Shown here: one piece after another, positions 55,175 to 62,844 of the stretch
Layout: every line of letters begins with the position of its first letter
Position numbering within the stretch: position 1 is the first letter of the stretch
Assembly: GCA_035488835.1 (NCBI GenBank)
Contig: DATHKX010000037.1
Location: forward strand, 1,602 to 65,601
Length of the DNA: 64,000 nt
Direction of reading: 5' to 3'
From: Gemmatimonadales bacterium
Lineage (GTDB): Bacteria; Gemmatimonadota; Gemmatimonadetes; Gemmatimonadales; GWC2-71-9
The notes under the pieces: generated by a model
What the model was told of the DNA's origin: nothing
The model's database searches: none
The model's input: only the letters and a program-made list of their open reading frames with translations
Position numbers and translations under genes: made by a program

Positions 55175-56461
55175 ATGTGGAAGCGAGTGAAGAACGGGGT
55201 GCAAGGCAGGGTGGCGCGTTTCCGCGTCCCCGGCGGGGCGGAGCCCGCCGAAGCCGACGGCGATCGCCAGCAGGATGACCCCGGCTCCGGCGAACGACCG
55301 ATGCCGATCGCGGCTTCCATCCTCTGGAAGCCGATCGACGGCGCGGCGGAGCCAGACGCCGGACTGCTTCCCATTTTCATCACGCAGCGCGCGTTGGCCG
55401 CCGTGCACGATCACTGCGCGGCGACGCACGCCGCGTGCTTCGGGCTGTTGATCGGAAACGTGGTCAACTCCCCGGAAACCGGGGCGCCGTATATCGTCGT
55501 CGAGTCGACCATCCGCCTCCCCGGGAGCCCGGACGACGACGCCAAGACAGTGCTGGTGCAGGGATGGGTAGTGGCGCAGGACGTGCTACGGAAATCCGGC
55601 GATTTGCTGGTCGGCTGGTACCGAGGGGGCGGGGGGGACGCCGCGCTGTCGCCTGCAGAGGCGGACGCGCACCGGGCGTTTTTCGTCCAACCGTGGCAGC
55701 TTGCCGTGGTGGTGGGCGGGGGCGAGACGACCGTCGGCGGCGTGTTGCGCCGCTCGGCCAGTAGCGGCTGGGCGCAAGAGTGCCTCCCCTTCTACGAGCT
55801 GGTCGATCCGGGATCCTTCCGACCGGACGGCAGCAAGCCAACGCGCTTGCGCTGGGACAATTACCGCACGGAGGAGACTGCGCTCGTTCCGCCGCCCGCG
55901 CTACCTGTCCCCGCGGCAGCCGGGGTGCCTGCCGCCGTGCCCGCCATCCGGCGCGCGCCGTCGTCGGCGCAGCCGTGGGTCTTTCTGCCCGATCAGTTCG
56001 GTGGTGGCGATGAGGGCAAGGGGCGCTGGGCGCCCCGCATTCGGGTCGGGCGGATCGCACGGTGGGCCGCGTACGGCGCGGGGGGCGTCCTGGCCGTCGC
56101 CGCGCTGCTCCGGCTCTACTCCGCGCTGGCATCGCCTGCGGCGCCTAGGTCCTCCCCGGGTACGGCCGCGGCCGTGGTGGCGATCCCGCTCGAGCGATTG
56201 GACCGGGCCGCCGACACACTCGCCCTGGCGATCGCTGCATTCGATCTGCGTGCGCGACTGTTCGCCAGCCGTCAGATGCAGTGTCCCGAGCTGGGACGCG
56301 GGCTCATCCTGGTCGAAGAGCGTTGGACCACTTACAACAGCGTGCGGAAGGATGGTGCGGCGCCGCTCGACTCCGCTCGCGCGGCCCGGGACCGGGCGCT
56401 CTATGCCGATGTGGACGGAGTCGAGCGACGGTTCGAGCACTCGGCCTGTACCCGACCGTGA
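55175..56461 (+). CDS. MPN/JAB-like domain membrane protein with a degenerate JAMM motif
   Basis: The N-terminal region (ALAAVHDHC...CFGLLIGNVV...YIVVESTIRL...LLVGWYRGGGGDAALSPAEAD) follows the MPN fold pattern, but GWYHSHP is replaced by GWYRGGG. A Pro-rich linker and a TM helix (WAAYGAGGVLAVAALLRLY) follow, then a helical C-terminal domain. The start is ATG 55175 or ATG 55301. Confidence 0.5.
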   Translation: MWKRVKNGVQGRVARFRVPGGAEPAEADGDRQQDDPGSGERPMPIAASILWKPIDGAAEPDAGLLPIFITQRALAAVHDHCAATHAACFGLLIGNVVNSPETGAPYIVVESTIRLPGSPDDDAKTVLVQGWVVAQDVLRKSGDLLVGWYRGGGGDAALSPAEADAHRAFFVQPWQLAVVVGGGETTVGGVLRRSASSGWAQECLPFYELVDPGSFRPDGSKPTRLRWDNYRTEETALVPPPALPVPAAAGVPAAVPAIRRAPSSAQPWVFLPDQFGGGDEGKGRWAPRIRVGRIARWAAYGAGGVLAVAALLRLYSALASPAAPRSSPGTAAAVVAIPLERLDRAADTLALAIAAFDLRARLFASRQMQCPELGRGLILVEERWTTYNSVRKDGAAPLDSARAARDRALYADVDGVERRFEHSACTRP

Positions 56462-57957
56462 CGCGCGCCGTCGCGTTGCTCGCCCTCCTCGTGAGCGGCG
56501 TGCCGTGTCGGGTGGCGACGCAGGGGTCGCAGCCGCTGCGTAAGACGGATGTCATCCGTCTGCTCTCGAACCCGCTGATCTCGAGGAGCGAGGTCGCCGA
56601 TCTGATCCGGCGCAACTGCGTCGCCTTTCGACCCACGCCGCGGGATTGGGCGGATCTGCGCGACTTCGGCGCGGACTCCGAGGTGCTGAGCAGTATCGGC
56701 GGGTGCGTGACGATGTCCGCGGCGCAGCGCGCCGCGCCCACGCTCCCCCTGACCGCCGTATTGCTCCCGGCCCAGCTGAGCGTCACCGTTGGGGGCGACG
56801 CGGTTGCGCGCGCGCAGGTGAGGCGGGGTGAGCTCCCGCAGGCGGGCGTGCCGCTGGTGCTGCGCGGGAGCTCCGGCATTCCCGGCGGGCCGCTACAGGA
56901 CGCGCAGGCCACCACCGATGCGAGCGGCGTCGCGGTATTCCGTTTTCCGGTCGGCCGGCTCCCAGCGACTTACACGTTCGAGGTCGTCACCGGCTCGGGT
57001 GTGTCGCTGCCGGGAAGACCGTCGCTCGAGCTGGTCGTCGGCCCCTCGGGGCCGGCCGTCGCCGCGGTACAGCCCGGTCGCGTGGAGCTGCGGGCCGGCG
57101 AGCGCGGACCCGTTTCGCTGCTCGTGACCGTGCGCGACTCGTTGGGGAACGCCGTGCCGGGCGAGGCGGTGGCGCTACAACCGGACAACCCGGACATGGG
57201 CGTGGCCGCCGAGACTCGGTCTACGGACTCGCTCGGGCGGGCGACGTTCGTTATCGAGCGGGCCGCGGTGCGCCACAACGGGAAGCTCGCGATTCGGGTG
57301 CGGGGCCAGCCGCTCGGATCGGTGGACGTGGTTCGGAGCGACATGATGGCGCCGGCGGCAACGGGCTTCGTGTCGGGCGTGGGACAACGCGGCATGGCGC
57401 GAACCCGGCTGAACGAGCCGTTGGTGTTTCAGGTGCGGTCCAGCCTCGGCAGACCGCTGGTCGGGAAAGTCGTGACGTTCCGGGCGGTCAACGCCGAGGT
57501 TGCCACGGACAGCGTCGTGACCGACTCGGCCGGCCTCGCCCGCGTAGACCTGACCCTGGGCAAGCAGGCCGGCCCGGCCCTCGTCACCGCGACCGTGGAT
57601 TCGCTCCAGCGACAGGCGGCGCTCTCGGTGGACCCGGCGGCTGCCGCCGGTGTCATCATCGAGCGGGACGGGAATCGGGTCGATGGCGGCACCATCGTAG
57701 CGAGGGCCGGCGCGACATTCACGCTGCGGGTGTCCGCGCAGGACGCGTACGGCAACGCGGTGCCCACGGCCGATCTGGCGCGGATGATTCAGAAGATGCG
57801 TGGCCGGTTCAACCTGCAGTCGCAGCTGTTGAAAATGATCGGCGTAGAATCGGACGGCGGGGCGGCGACGGTGACGTTCAAGCCCGTCGGAGCGGGTCAG
57901 GCGGACTTGTCGATTGCCGGCGCGACGGTGTCGGTGGCGATCGCCCGGCCCCGGTAG
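56458..57957 (+). CDS. Secreted protein with tandem bacterial Ig-like (Big_1/invasin-type) domains
   Basis: GTG 56458 (GTGA overlap), with a signal peptide (AVALLALLVSG). The repeated pattern V.V.D..GN.V.G..V ... TDS.G.A.F occurs at least three times (VTVRDSLGNAVPGEAVAL...TDSLGRATFVI, and VFQVRSSLGRPLVGKVVTF...TDSAGLARVDL). Confidence 0.65.
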   Translation: MTRAVALLALLVSGVPCRVATQGSQPLRKTDVIRLLSNPLISRSEVADLIRRNCVAFRPTPRDWADLRDFGADSEVLSSIGGCVTMSAAQRAAPTLPLTAVLLPAQLSVTVGGDAVARAQVRRGELPQAGVPLVLRGSSGIPGGPLQDAQATTDASGVAVFRFPVGRLPATYTFEVVTGSGVSLPGRPSLELVVGPSGPAVAAVQPGRVELRAGERGPVSLLVTVRDSLGNAVPGEAVALQPDNPDMGVAAETRSTDSLGRATFVIERAAVRHNGKLAIRVRGQPLGSVDVVRSDMMAPAATGFVSGVGQRGMARTRLNEPLVFQVRSSLGRPLVGKVVTFRAVNAEVATDSVVTDSAGLARVDLTLGKQAGPALVTATVDSLQRQAALSVDPAAAAGVIIERDGNRVDGGTIVARAGATFTLRVSAQDAYGNAVPTADLARMIQKMRGRFNLQSQLLKMIGVESDGGAATVTFKPVGAGQADLSIAGATVSVAIARPR

Positions 57958-57959
57958 CG

Positions 57960-58361
57960 CTACCCAGCCGTGGCGGTGTCGTCGAGCGGGTGTGCCACCG
58001 CATCCAGCCAGCCCGTGATTTCGCGGAAGGTGAACGGTTTGCGGATGACGGTGCAGGGGTTCCGTTCCGTCCAGGTGCGCACGTCTCGCGCGTCGGGGTC
58101 CGCCGTCATCAGTGCGACGCGGCCCCGGAGCTCGGGCCAGCGGTGCGTCATGGCGAGGTAGAGGGAGAGGCCCGACATCGTGGGCAGGCGCACGTCGAGC
58201 AGGACCGCGAGGGGCGATTCCGTCACGAGCAGGTGGTAGGCCGCATCCGGGCTGCCCGTGCTCAAGACCCGGTATCCGAGCGAGCCGAGCACGCTCTCGA
58301 GCGAGCTTCGCAGCACGGCGTCGTCGTCGACGATGAGGACTGTGAGCGGGGCGGCGCCCAT
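57960..58361 (-). CDS. Stand-alone response regulator receiver domain
   Basis: Track ORF 57960..58619 was trimmed to ATG 58361. Motifs are VLIVDDDAVLR, VLLDVRLPTMSG, ALMTAD and RKPF. The discarded 5' extension runs antisense across the tRNA-Sec gene. Confidence 0.85.
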   Translation of the reverse strand: MGAAPLTVLIVDDDAVLRSSLESVLGSLGYRVLSTGSPDAAYHLLVTESPLAVLLDVRLPTMSGLSLYLAMTHRWPELRGRVALMTADPDARDVRTWTERNPCTVIRKPFTFREITGWLDAVAHPLDDTATAG

Positions 58362-58464
58362 GGCAATCCACAATGGGTGGCAAGGGTCCGGGAAGCAAGT
58401 GACGGAGGTCACGCAGGGGTACCCTGCCCCAGAAGGGTGCTCGAGGTCCACGAGGTTGGTGCGG

Positions 58465-58558
58465 GGGGGCGGATCGGGCCTGGTGGTCCGACTGGTCTTC
58501 AAAACCAGCTGGGGTCCTTCTGGACCTCGGTAGGTTCGATTCCTACACGCTCCCGCCA
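58465..58558 (+). tRNA. selC: tRNA-Sec (selenocysteine tRNA, anticodon UCA), CCA encoded
   Basis: Folded by hand. The acceptor is GGGGGCGG / ACGCTCCC (7 pairs including one G-U, with a G-A at position 8). The D-stem CGGGCC / GGTCCG has 6 bp with the 4-nt loop TGGT. The anticodon loop is CTTCAAA (58497-503), giving anticodon TCA. The variable arm has a 7-bp stem, GGGGTCC-TTCT-GGACCTC. The T-arm is GTAGG-TTCGATT-CCTAC, followed by discriminator G and CCA. The layout parallels E. coli selC as I recall it. Confidence 0.85.
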
Positions 58559-58796
58559 CCGCCCTGTCCTCTTTGTGTCGCACCGCGGCGACAAGCTGCG
58601 CCGAACCTGCCTCAGTCACACTGACTGCCTCGACGACCGTCCGCTTCCGCCCGTGGCACTAGCCTTGCAATAGAGCCAGGCGGCTCGCGGGGAGTGAGCC
58701 GTGCCCCCTGCTTCGCTCAGTTATGAGGAACGGAGACAGGATTGTGGGCCCTCGGCCACTCCCTGCGGCGCCGCCAGCCCGCCGCCCCCGCCGCCT

Positions 58797-59957
58797 CTAC
58801 CCCAGCACCTCCCGGACCTTCTGCGCCAGCGCCGCGGCGCTGAACGGCTTCTGCAGAAACGCGAGCCCCCGCTCCAGCATCTGGTGCCGCCCGATCGCCG
58901 CTGCGGGGTAGCCTGACATGAACAGCACGCGGGTCCCGGGCCGGCGGGCGGCGAACTGGGCCGCGAGCGCCCGGCCTCCCACGCCCGGCATCACGATATC
59001 GGTGAGCAGCAGGTCCACGGCCTGCGGGGTGTCCGCGAGCGCGAGGGCATCCTCGGGCCGGGCGACCTCGATCACCGCATAGCCGTGCCGCTGGAGCACG
59101 TGCCGGGCCACGGCCCGCACCGAGTCTTCGTCCTCAACCAGCAGGATCGTCTCCGTGCCACGTAGCGAGACGATCGGTGCGGGCGTCGGGAGCACTGGCT
59201 CTGGAGCGGGGGCGCGCGGCAACGGCAGGTAGATCTTCACGCTCGTGCCCAGTCCCGGCTCGCTGTATACCCACACGAATCCGCCGCTCCGTTTCACGAC
59301 GCCGTAAACCGTGGCGAGGCCGAGCCCGCTACGGGCGCTGCGATCTCGAGTGGTGAAGTACGGCTCGAACAGATGCGCCCGGGCCTCGGCGTCCATCCCG
59401 GTCCCGGTGTCCGTGACGGCCAGGAGGGCGTAGTGACCCTGGGGCATCAGGCGGTGGTCCGCGGCGTAGGTCTCGTCCAGCACGACGTTCGCGGTCTCGA
59501 TCGTGATCTGACCACCATCGGTCATCGCGTCGCGCGCGTTGAGCACCAGATTGAGCAGGACTTGCTTGAGCTCGCGCGGGTCGGCGGTGAGGGGGCTGAA
59601 GCGCGGCTCCAGCGCGGTCGCGATCGCGATCCGGTCCCCGGCGAGTGCCGACAGCTCCTGCTCCGACGCGCGCAGCATGTCGTTCAGGTCCACGAGCTCC
59701 GACTCGAGCGGTTGCACGGCGCCGAGCTTGAAGAGACGGCGGGTGAGGTCGGTCGCGCGCTCGACCGCTTCGCGGATCGCCACGACCTCCGTGCGGCGGG
59801 GGTCGTCGGCTGCGGTGTCCTCGAGCAGCAGATCGCAGTTGGCGGTTACGGCCGTAAAGATGTTGTTGAAGTCGTGCGCCACGCCGCGCGCGAACCGCGC
59901 CAGCGCCTCCAGCTTGTTGGCCTCCCGGAGCCGGGCCTCGAGGGCTTGAGTGTCCAT
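58797..59957 (-). CDS. Cytoplasmic hybrid histidine kinase (HisKA-HATPase-REC) with no sensor domain
   Basis: 386 aa. A short coiled coil leads straight into the H-box FARGVAHDFNNIF. ATPase motifs are NLVLNARDAM, DTGTGMD and GLGLATV. The C-terminal receiver has ILLVEDEDSVR, LLLTDIVMPGVGG and QKPF. Confidence 0.9.
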   Translation of the reverse strand: MDTQALEARLREANKLEALARFARGVAHDFNNIFTAVTANCDLLLEDTAADDPRRTEVVAIREAVERATDLTRRLFKLGAVQPLESELVDLNDMLRASEQELSALAGDRIAIATALEPRFSPLTADPRELKQVLLNLVLNARDAMTDGGQITIETANVVLDETYAADHRLMPQGHYALLAVTDTGTGMDAEARAHLFEPYFTTRDRSARSGLGLATVYGVVKRSGGFVWVYSEPGLGTSVKIYLPLPRAPAPEPVLPTPAPIVSLRGTETILLVEDEDSVRAVARHVLQRHGYAVIEVARPEDALALADTPQAVDLLLTDIVMPGVGGRALAAQFAARRPGTRVLFMSGYPAAAIGRHQMLERGLAFLQKPFSAAALAQKVREVLG

Positions 59958-60056
59958 GGTGTGTCGCCTACAAGAAAGGCTCGGATTCGAGACCCTGGCA
60001 ATAGGTGTCGGGCCCGTCGTATCTTGTCCCTCTCTTCAACTCCTGGAGCAGCAGGC

Positions 60057-61118
60057 ATGTGGGCCGTTCTCCTCCTCATCGCCCTGCTCGCCGGAGCACC
60101 CCCCCCTGGCCCCGGTCCCGAACCGCTGCCCCGCGCGACGGTGCTCGTGGACTCCGGGGCGCACCAGCTCGTGATCCAGCTGCCCCCGGTGGACGTGCCG
60201 GCCGCGGGCTCGGGCGGCGAGGCGATGGTCGGGCTCCCGCTCTGCCAGGTCCTCGTGCCGGTGGACGCGTCGCTCCACGGCTCTCGGGTAGAAGTGGTGG
60301 ACGAATCGGGGCGCCCGCTGCCGCACGAGATGCTGCATCATTTCAACCTCAGCGATCCGGACCACCGGGAGCTGTTCCTGCCGATCGGTCTCCATCTGCT
60401 CGCCATGAGCAGGGAGACCCCGACGATCACGGTCCCGCGGCTGCTCTTCGGACTCCCGCTCACGCGCGGCCAGCGGCTCATCGCCGGCGCCATGCTCGCC
60501 AACCGCTCGGACGTGGCCTATCGCCGGGTGCAGGTGCGGCTCGTGCTGCGCTACGTGCCGGGCGGCCGGCCCTGGCCGCTGTACCGCACGTACCCCTGGG
60601 CCATCGACGTCCAGTACCCACTCGGTCGCCCGCCCACCGGGAGCAAGGCGTTCGATCTCGCCCCCGGCCGGACGGAGCGCTTCTGGGAAGGCAGTCCCGC
60701 GATCCCCGGCACCATCCTGGGCCTGGGCGGCCACATGCACGATTACGGCGTCAGCCTCGAGCTGAAGGACATGACCACGGGCACGGTGCTGTGGCGCGGC
60801 GCCCCGGTCACGGACGCTGCGGGGCGCGTCATCACGTTCCCGCTGGCCCGGTTCTACAACTGGCGCCGGCTCGGGGTGCGCGTCGTCCCCGCGCACCGCT
60901 ACCGGCTGACGGCCGTGTACGAGAACCGGACCGGACGCTCGATCCGCGACGGCGGCATGGGGGCGGTGGCGGGATTGTTCGTGCCCGACCGGGGGGCCGA
61001 GTGGCCCCCGGTCGATACCCGGGATACGCTGTACCAACAGGACCTGGCGGCCACGATCCGCTCCGGCAGCGTAGACATGATGGCCGATATGATGATGGGG
61101 CACCACGCAGATCCCTGA
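60057..61118 (+). CDS. Hypothetical secreted protein with HH / HxH / M metal-ligand pattern and a Met/His-rich tail
   Basis: ATG 60057 in track ORF 59373..61118, with the signal peptide MWAVLLLIALLAGA. HH lies at residues 94-95 (EMLHHFNL), HMH at 226-228 (GGHMHDYG) and M at 301. The C-terminus is VDMMADMMMGHHADP. Confidence 0.6.
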   Translation: MWAVLLLIALLAGAPPPGPGPEPLPRATVLVDSGAHQLVIQLPPVDVPAAGSGGEAMVGLPLCQVLVPVDASLHGSRVEVVDESGRPLPHEMLHHFNLSDPDHRELFLPIGLHLLAMSRETPTITVPRLLFGLPLTRGQRLIAGAMLANRSDVAYRRVQVRLVLRYVPGGRPWPLYRTYPWAIDVQYPLGRPPTGSKAFDLAPGRTERFWEGSPAIPGTILGLGGHMHDYGVSLELKDMTTGTVLWRGAPVTDAAGRVITFPLARFYNWRRLGVRVVPAHRYRLTAVYENRTGRSIRDGGMGAVAGLFVPDRGAEWPPVDTRDTLYQQDLAATIRSGSVDMMADMMMGHHADP

Positions 61119-61139
61119 ACACAACTTGCCGAAGGGCGT

Positions 61140-61547
61140 GTGGCCTGCATCACCCTCGCCGGGGGGTGCCCCGACGTATTTTCGGCCGTGCCCGGAATGC
61201 AATGGGGTCGTCTCCAGGTGGACGTCAACTGCGCGTTGCGTCGCGGGGCTTGGTACCGCGTAGCGCGGCTCGCCTCTCTGGAAGCCATCCTCGACGTCAA
61301 CCACAGGCCCCTCAAGGTCCCCCACTACCTCGTCCAGGTCGTTTCGCGGCCACCCACGCGGTGGTCCGTCGTGCCGCGCCCCGAGCGGGCCGACGAGCTA
61401 CCGGCCGATTGGGGGCCGCACTACGGGGTGTGCCCGAGCTGTCGTGAGCGTGCGGCGCTGCACGGCCGTCCGCGCCGGCTCACGTGCAGTCGCTGTCGGG
61501 GTGAGTTCGACGTCGCTTGGGACGAGGAATACCTCTCCGAATTCTGA
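61140..61547 (+). CDS. Hypothetical protein with a C-terminal CxxC...CxxC zinc-ribbon
   Basis: 135 aa (GTG 61140 or ATG 61197). Contains CPSCRERAALHGRPRRLTCSRCRG. It lies 21 nt downstream of the previous gene on the same strand. Confidence 0.45.
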   Translation: MACITLAGGCPDVFSAVPGMQWGRLQVDVNCALRRGAWYRVARLASLEAILDVNHRPLKVPHYLVQVVSRPPTRWSVVPRPERADELPADWGPHYGVCPSCRERAALHGRPRRLTCSRCRGEFDVAWDEEYLSEF

Positions 61548-61557
61548 CGGGCGGTCC

Positions 61558-62844
61558 TCAGCCGCCCATCACCCGCTCCACTTCCGCAAGACGCGCTTCG
61601 ATCTCGATCGGCCGATTGGCGCGGGCCGGCCGGGGCTCGAGCTCCTGGTGATAGCGCGTCACGGTCTCCGGATCCTTGAGGACATGTCCCGTGAGCACCG
61701 CGACCACGCGGTCGCGCGGGCGGATCACGTTCTCCCGGATCAGCCGCCGCGCCCCGGCGGGCGCCGCCGCGCTGGCCGGCTCGCATCCGATCCCCGCGCC
61801 GTCCACGACCGCCTTGGCCTCGAGAATCTCGTCGTCGCTCACGGTGGTGACGACCCCGTTCGTGTCGCGGATGGCGCGCACGGCGCGCTCGTACGACGCC
61901 GGGTTGCCGATCTTGATCGCCGTGGCCACGGTGTGGGGCTCCACGCGGCGCCGCTGCGCGAATCCCTCGCGGAAGCTCTGCGCGAACGGTGCGGCTCCCT
62001 CCGCCTGGACGGCGGCGAGTCGCGGCACCCGATCGATCAGCCCCCACGCCCGTGCTTCGACCAGCGCCTTCCCGAACGCCGCGGTGTTGCCGAGGTTGCC
62101 CGCGGGCACCACGATCCAGTCGGGAGGCTCCCAGCCGAGCTGCTGCAGCAGCTCGAGCACGATGGTTTTCTGGCCCTCGAGCCGGAACGGATTCACGGAA
62201 TTGAGGAGGTAGACCCCCAGTCGTTCGCTCGCCTGGTCGGCGAGCTCGAGGCAGTCGTCGAAGTTGCCGCGGACGAGCAGCGTGCGGGCGCCGTACGCGA
62301 GCGCCTGGGCGAGCTTCCCGAGCGCCACCTGACCCTTCGGCACCAGGACCAGCGCCGGCAGCCCCGCCAGCGCGGCGTACGCGGCGAGCGCCGCCGCCGT
62401 GTTGCCGGTGGACGCGCACGCGACCGCGCGGGCTTGGACGCGCCGCGCCTGCGTCACCCCGACGGTCATGCCGCGGTCCTTGAACGACCCCGTGGGGTTT
62501 TGGCCCTCGTGTTTGAGCAACAGCTCCGGTGCGCCGGCCCAGCGCGCGACGGCCGCGCTGGCGAGCAGCGGCGTGTTGCCCTCGGGATACGAGAGGATGT
62601 GCTCGTCGGCCGTGGGCAGGACGGCTTCGCGGTAGCGCCACACGCCAGAGGCGAGTACGCCGCGCCGCACACCCCAGCGCGCGTCGAATGTCGCCCGGAG
62701 CGCGTTCCCGCCCTGGGCCGGGGGCTGGTGGCGCAGCTCGAGCAGCCCGCGGCAGCGCGGGCACCGCGGGTGGGGATCGGTCTCGGGGATTTCGCTGCCG
62801 CAGCTGGCGCACACCTGCCAGGTGAGAGGAGGGAAGGCGCTCAT
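61558..62844 (-). CDS. thrC: Threonine synthase
   Basis: ATG 62844 (ATGA overlap with hom). There is an N-terminal zinc-ribbon (CASCGSE...CPRCRG) and the PLP-lysine motif NPTGSFKDRG, plus ASTGNTAAALAAYAA. Confidence 0.95.
   Translation of the reverse strand: MSAFPPLTWQVCASCGSEIPETDPHPRCPRCRGLLELRHQPPAQGGNALRATFDARWGVRRGVLASGVWRYREAVLPTADEHILSYPEGNTPLLASAAVARWAGAPELLLKHEGQNPTGSFKDRGMTVGVTQARRVQARAVACASTGNTAAALAAYAALAGLPALVLVPKGQVALGKLAQALAYGARTLLVRGNFDDCLELADQASERLGVYLLNSVNPFRLEGQKTIVLELLQQLGWEPPDWIVVPAGNLGNTAAFGKALVEARAWGLIDRVPRLAAVQAEGAAPFAQSFREGFAQRRRVEPHTVATAIKIGNPASYERAVRAIRDTNGVVTTVSDDEILEAKAVVDGAGIGCEPASAAAPAGARRLIRENVIRPRDRVVAVLTGHVLKDPETVTRYHQELEPRPARANRPIEIEARLAEVERVMGG

Noticed and set aside
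55043-55429. 128-aa minus-strand ORF with one hydrophobic stretch in the M20 / MPN-like intergenic zone
   Set aside because: It overlaps the 3' end of the peptidase gene and the 5' part of the MPN-like gene in antisense. It has Arg-rich composition, no RBS and no recognisable family.
57953-57964. 12-bp perfect palindrome GGTAGCGCTACC that supplies both convergent stop codons (TAG 57955-57 and TAG on the minus strand at 57962-60)
   Set aside because: It is a neat arrangement, but the palindrome is short and has no flanking U-tracts for bidirectional termination. It is easily produced by two stop codons 2 nt apart.
58362-58619. 5' extension of the receiver gene ORF (57960..58619), reading through 58465-58558
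   Set aside because: The receiver domain begins at ATG 58361. The extension has no receiver features and is antisense to a well-folding tRNA-Sec, so it is an artefact of longest-ORF calling.
58559-58796. Region downstream of tRNA-Sec, inspected for an integrated element (tRNA genes are common integration sites)
   Set aside because: There is no integrase, no direct repeat of the tRNA 3' end, and no compositional shift. I found only small hairpins (CAGTCA-CAC-TGACTG at 58613-27 and CGGCTC-N9-GAGCCG near 58690). There is no evidence for a mobile element.
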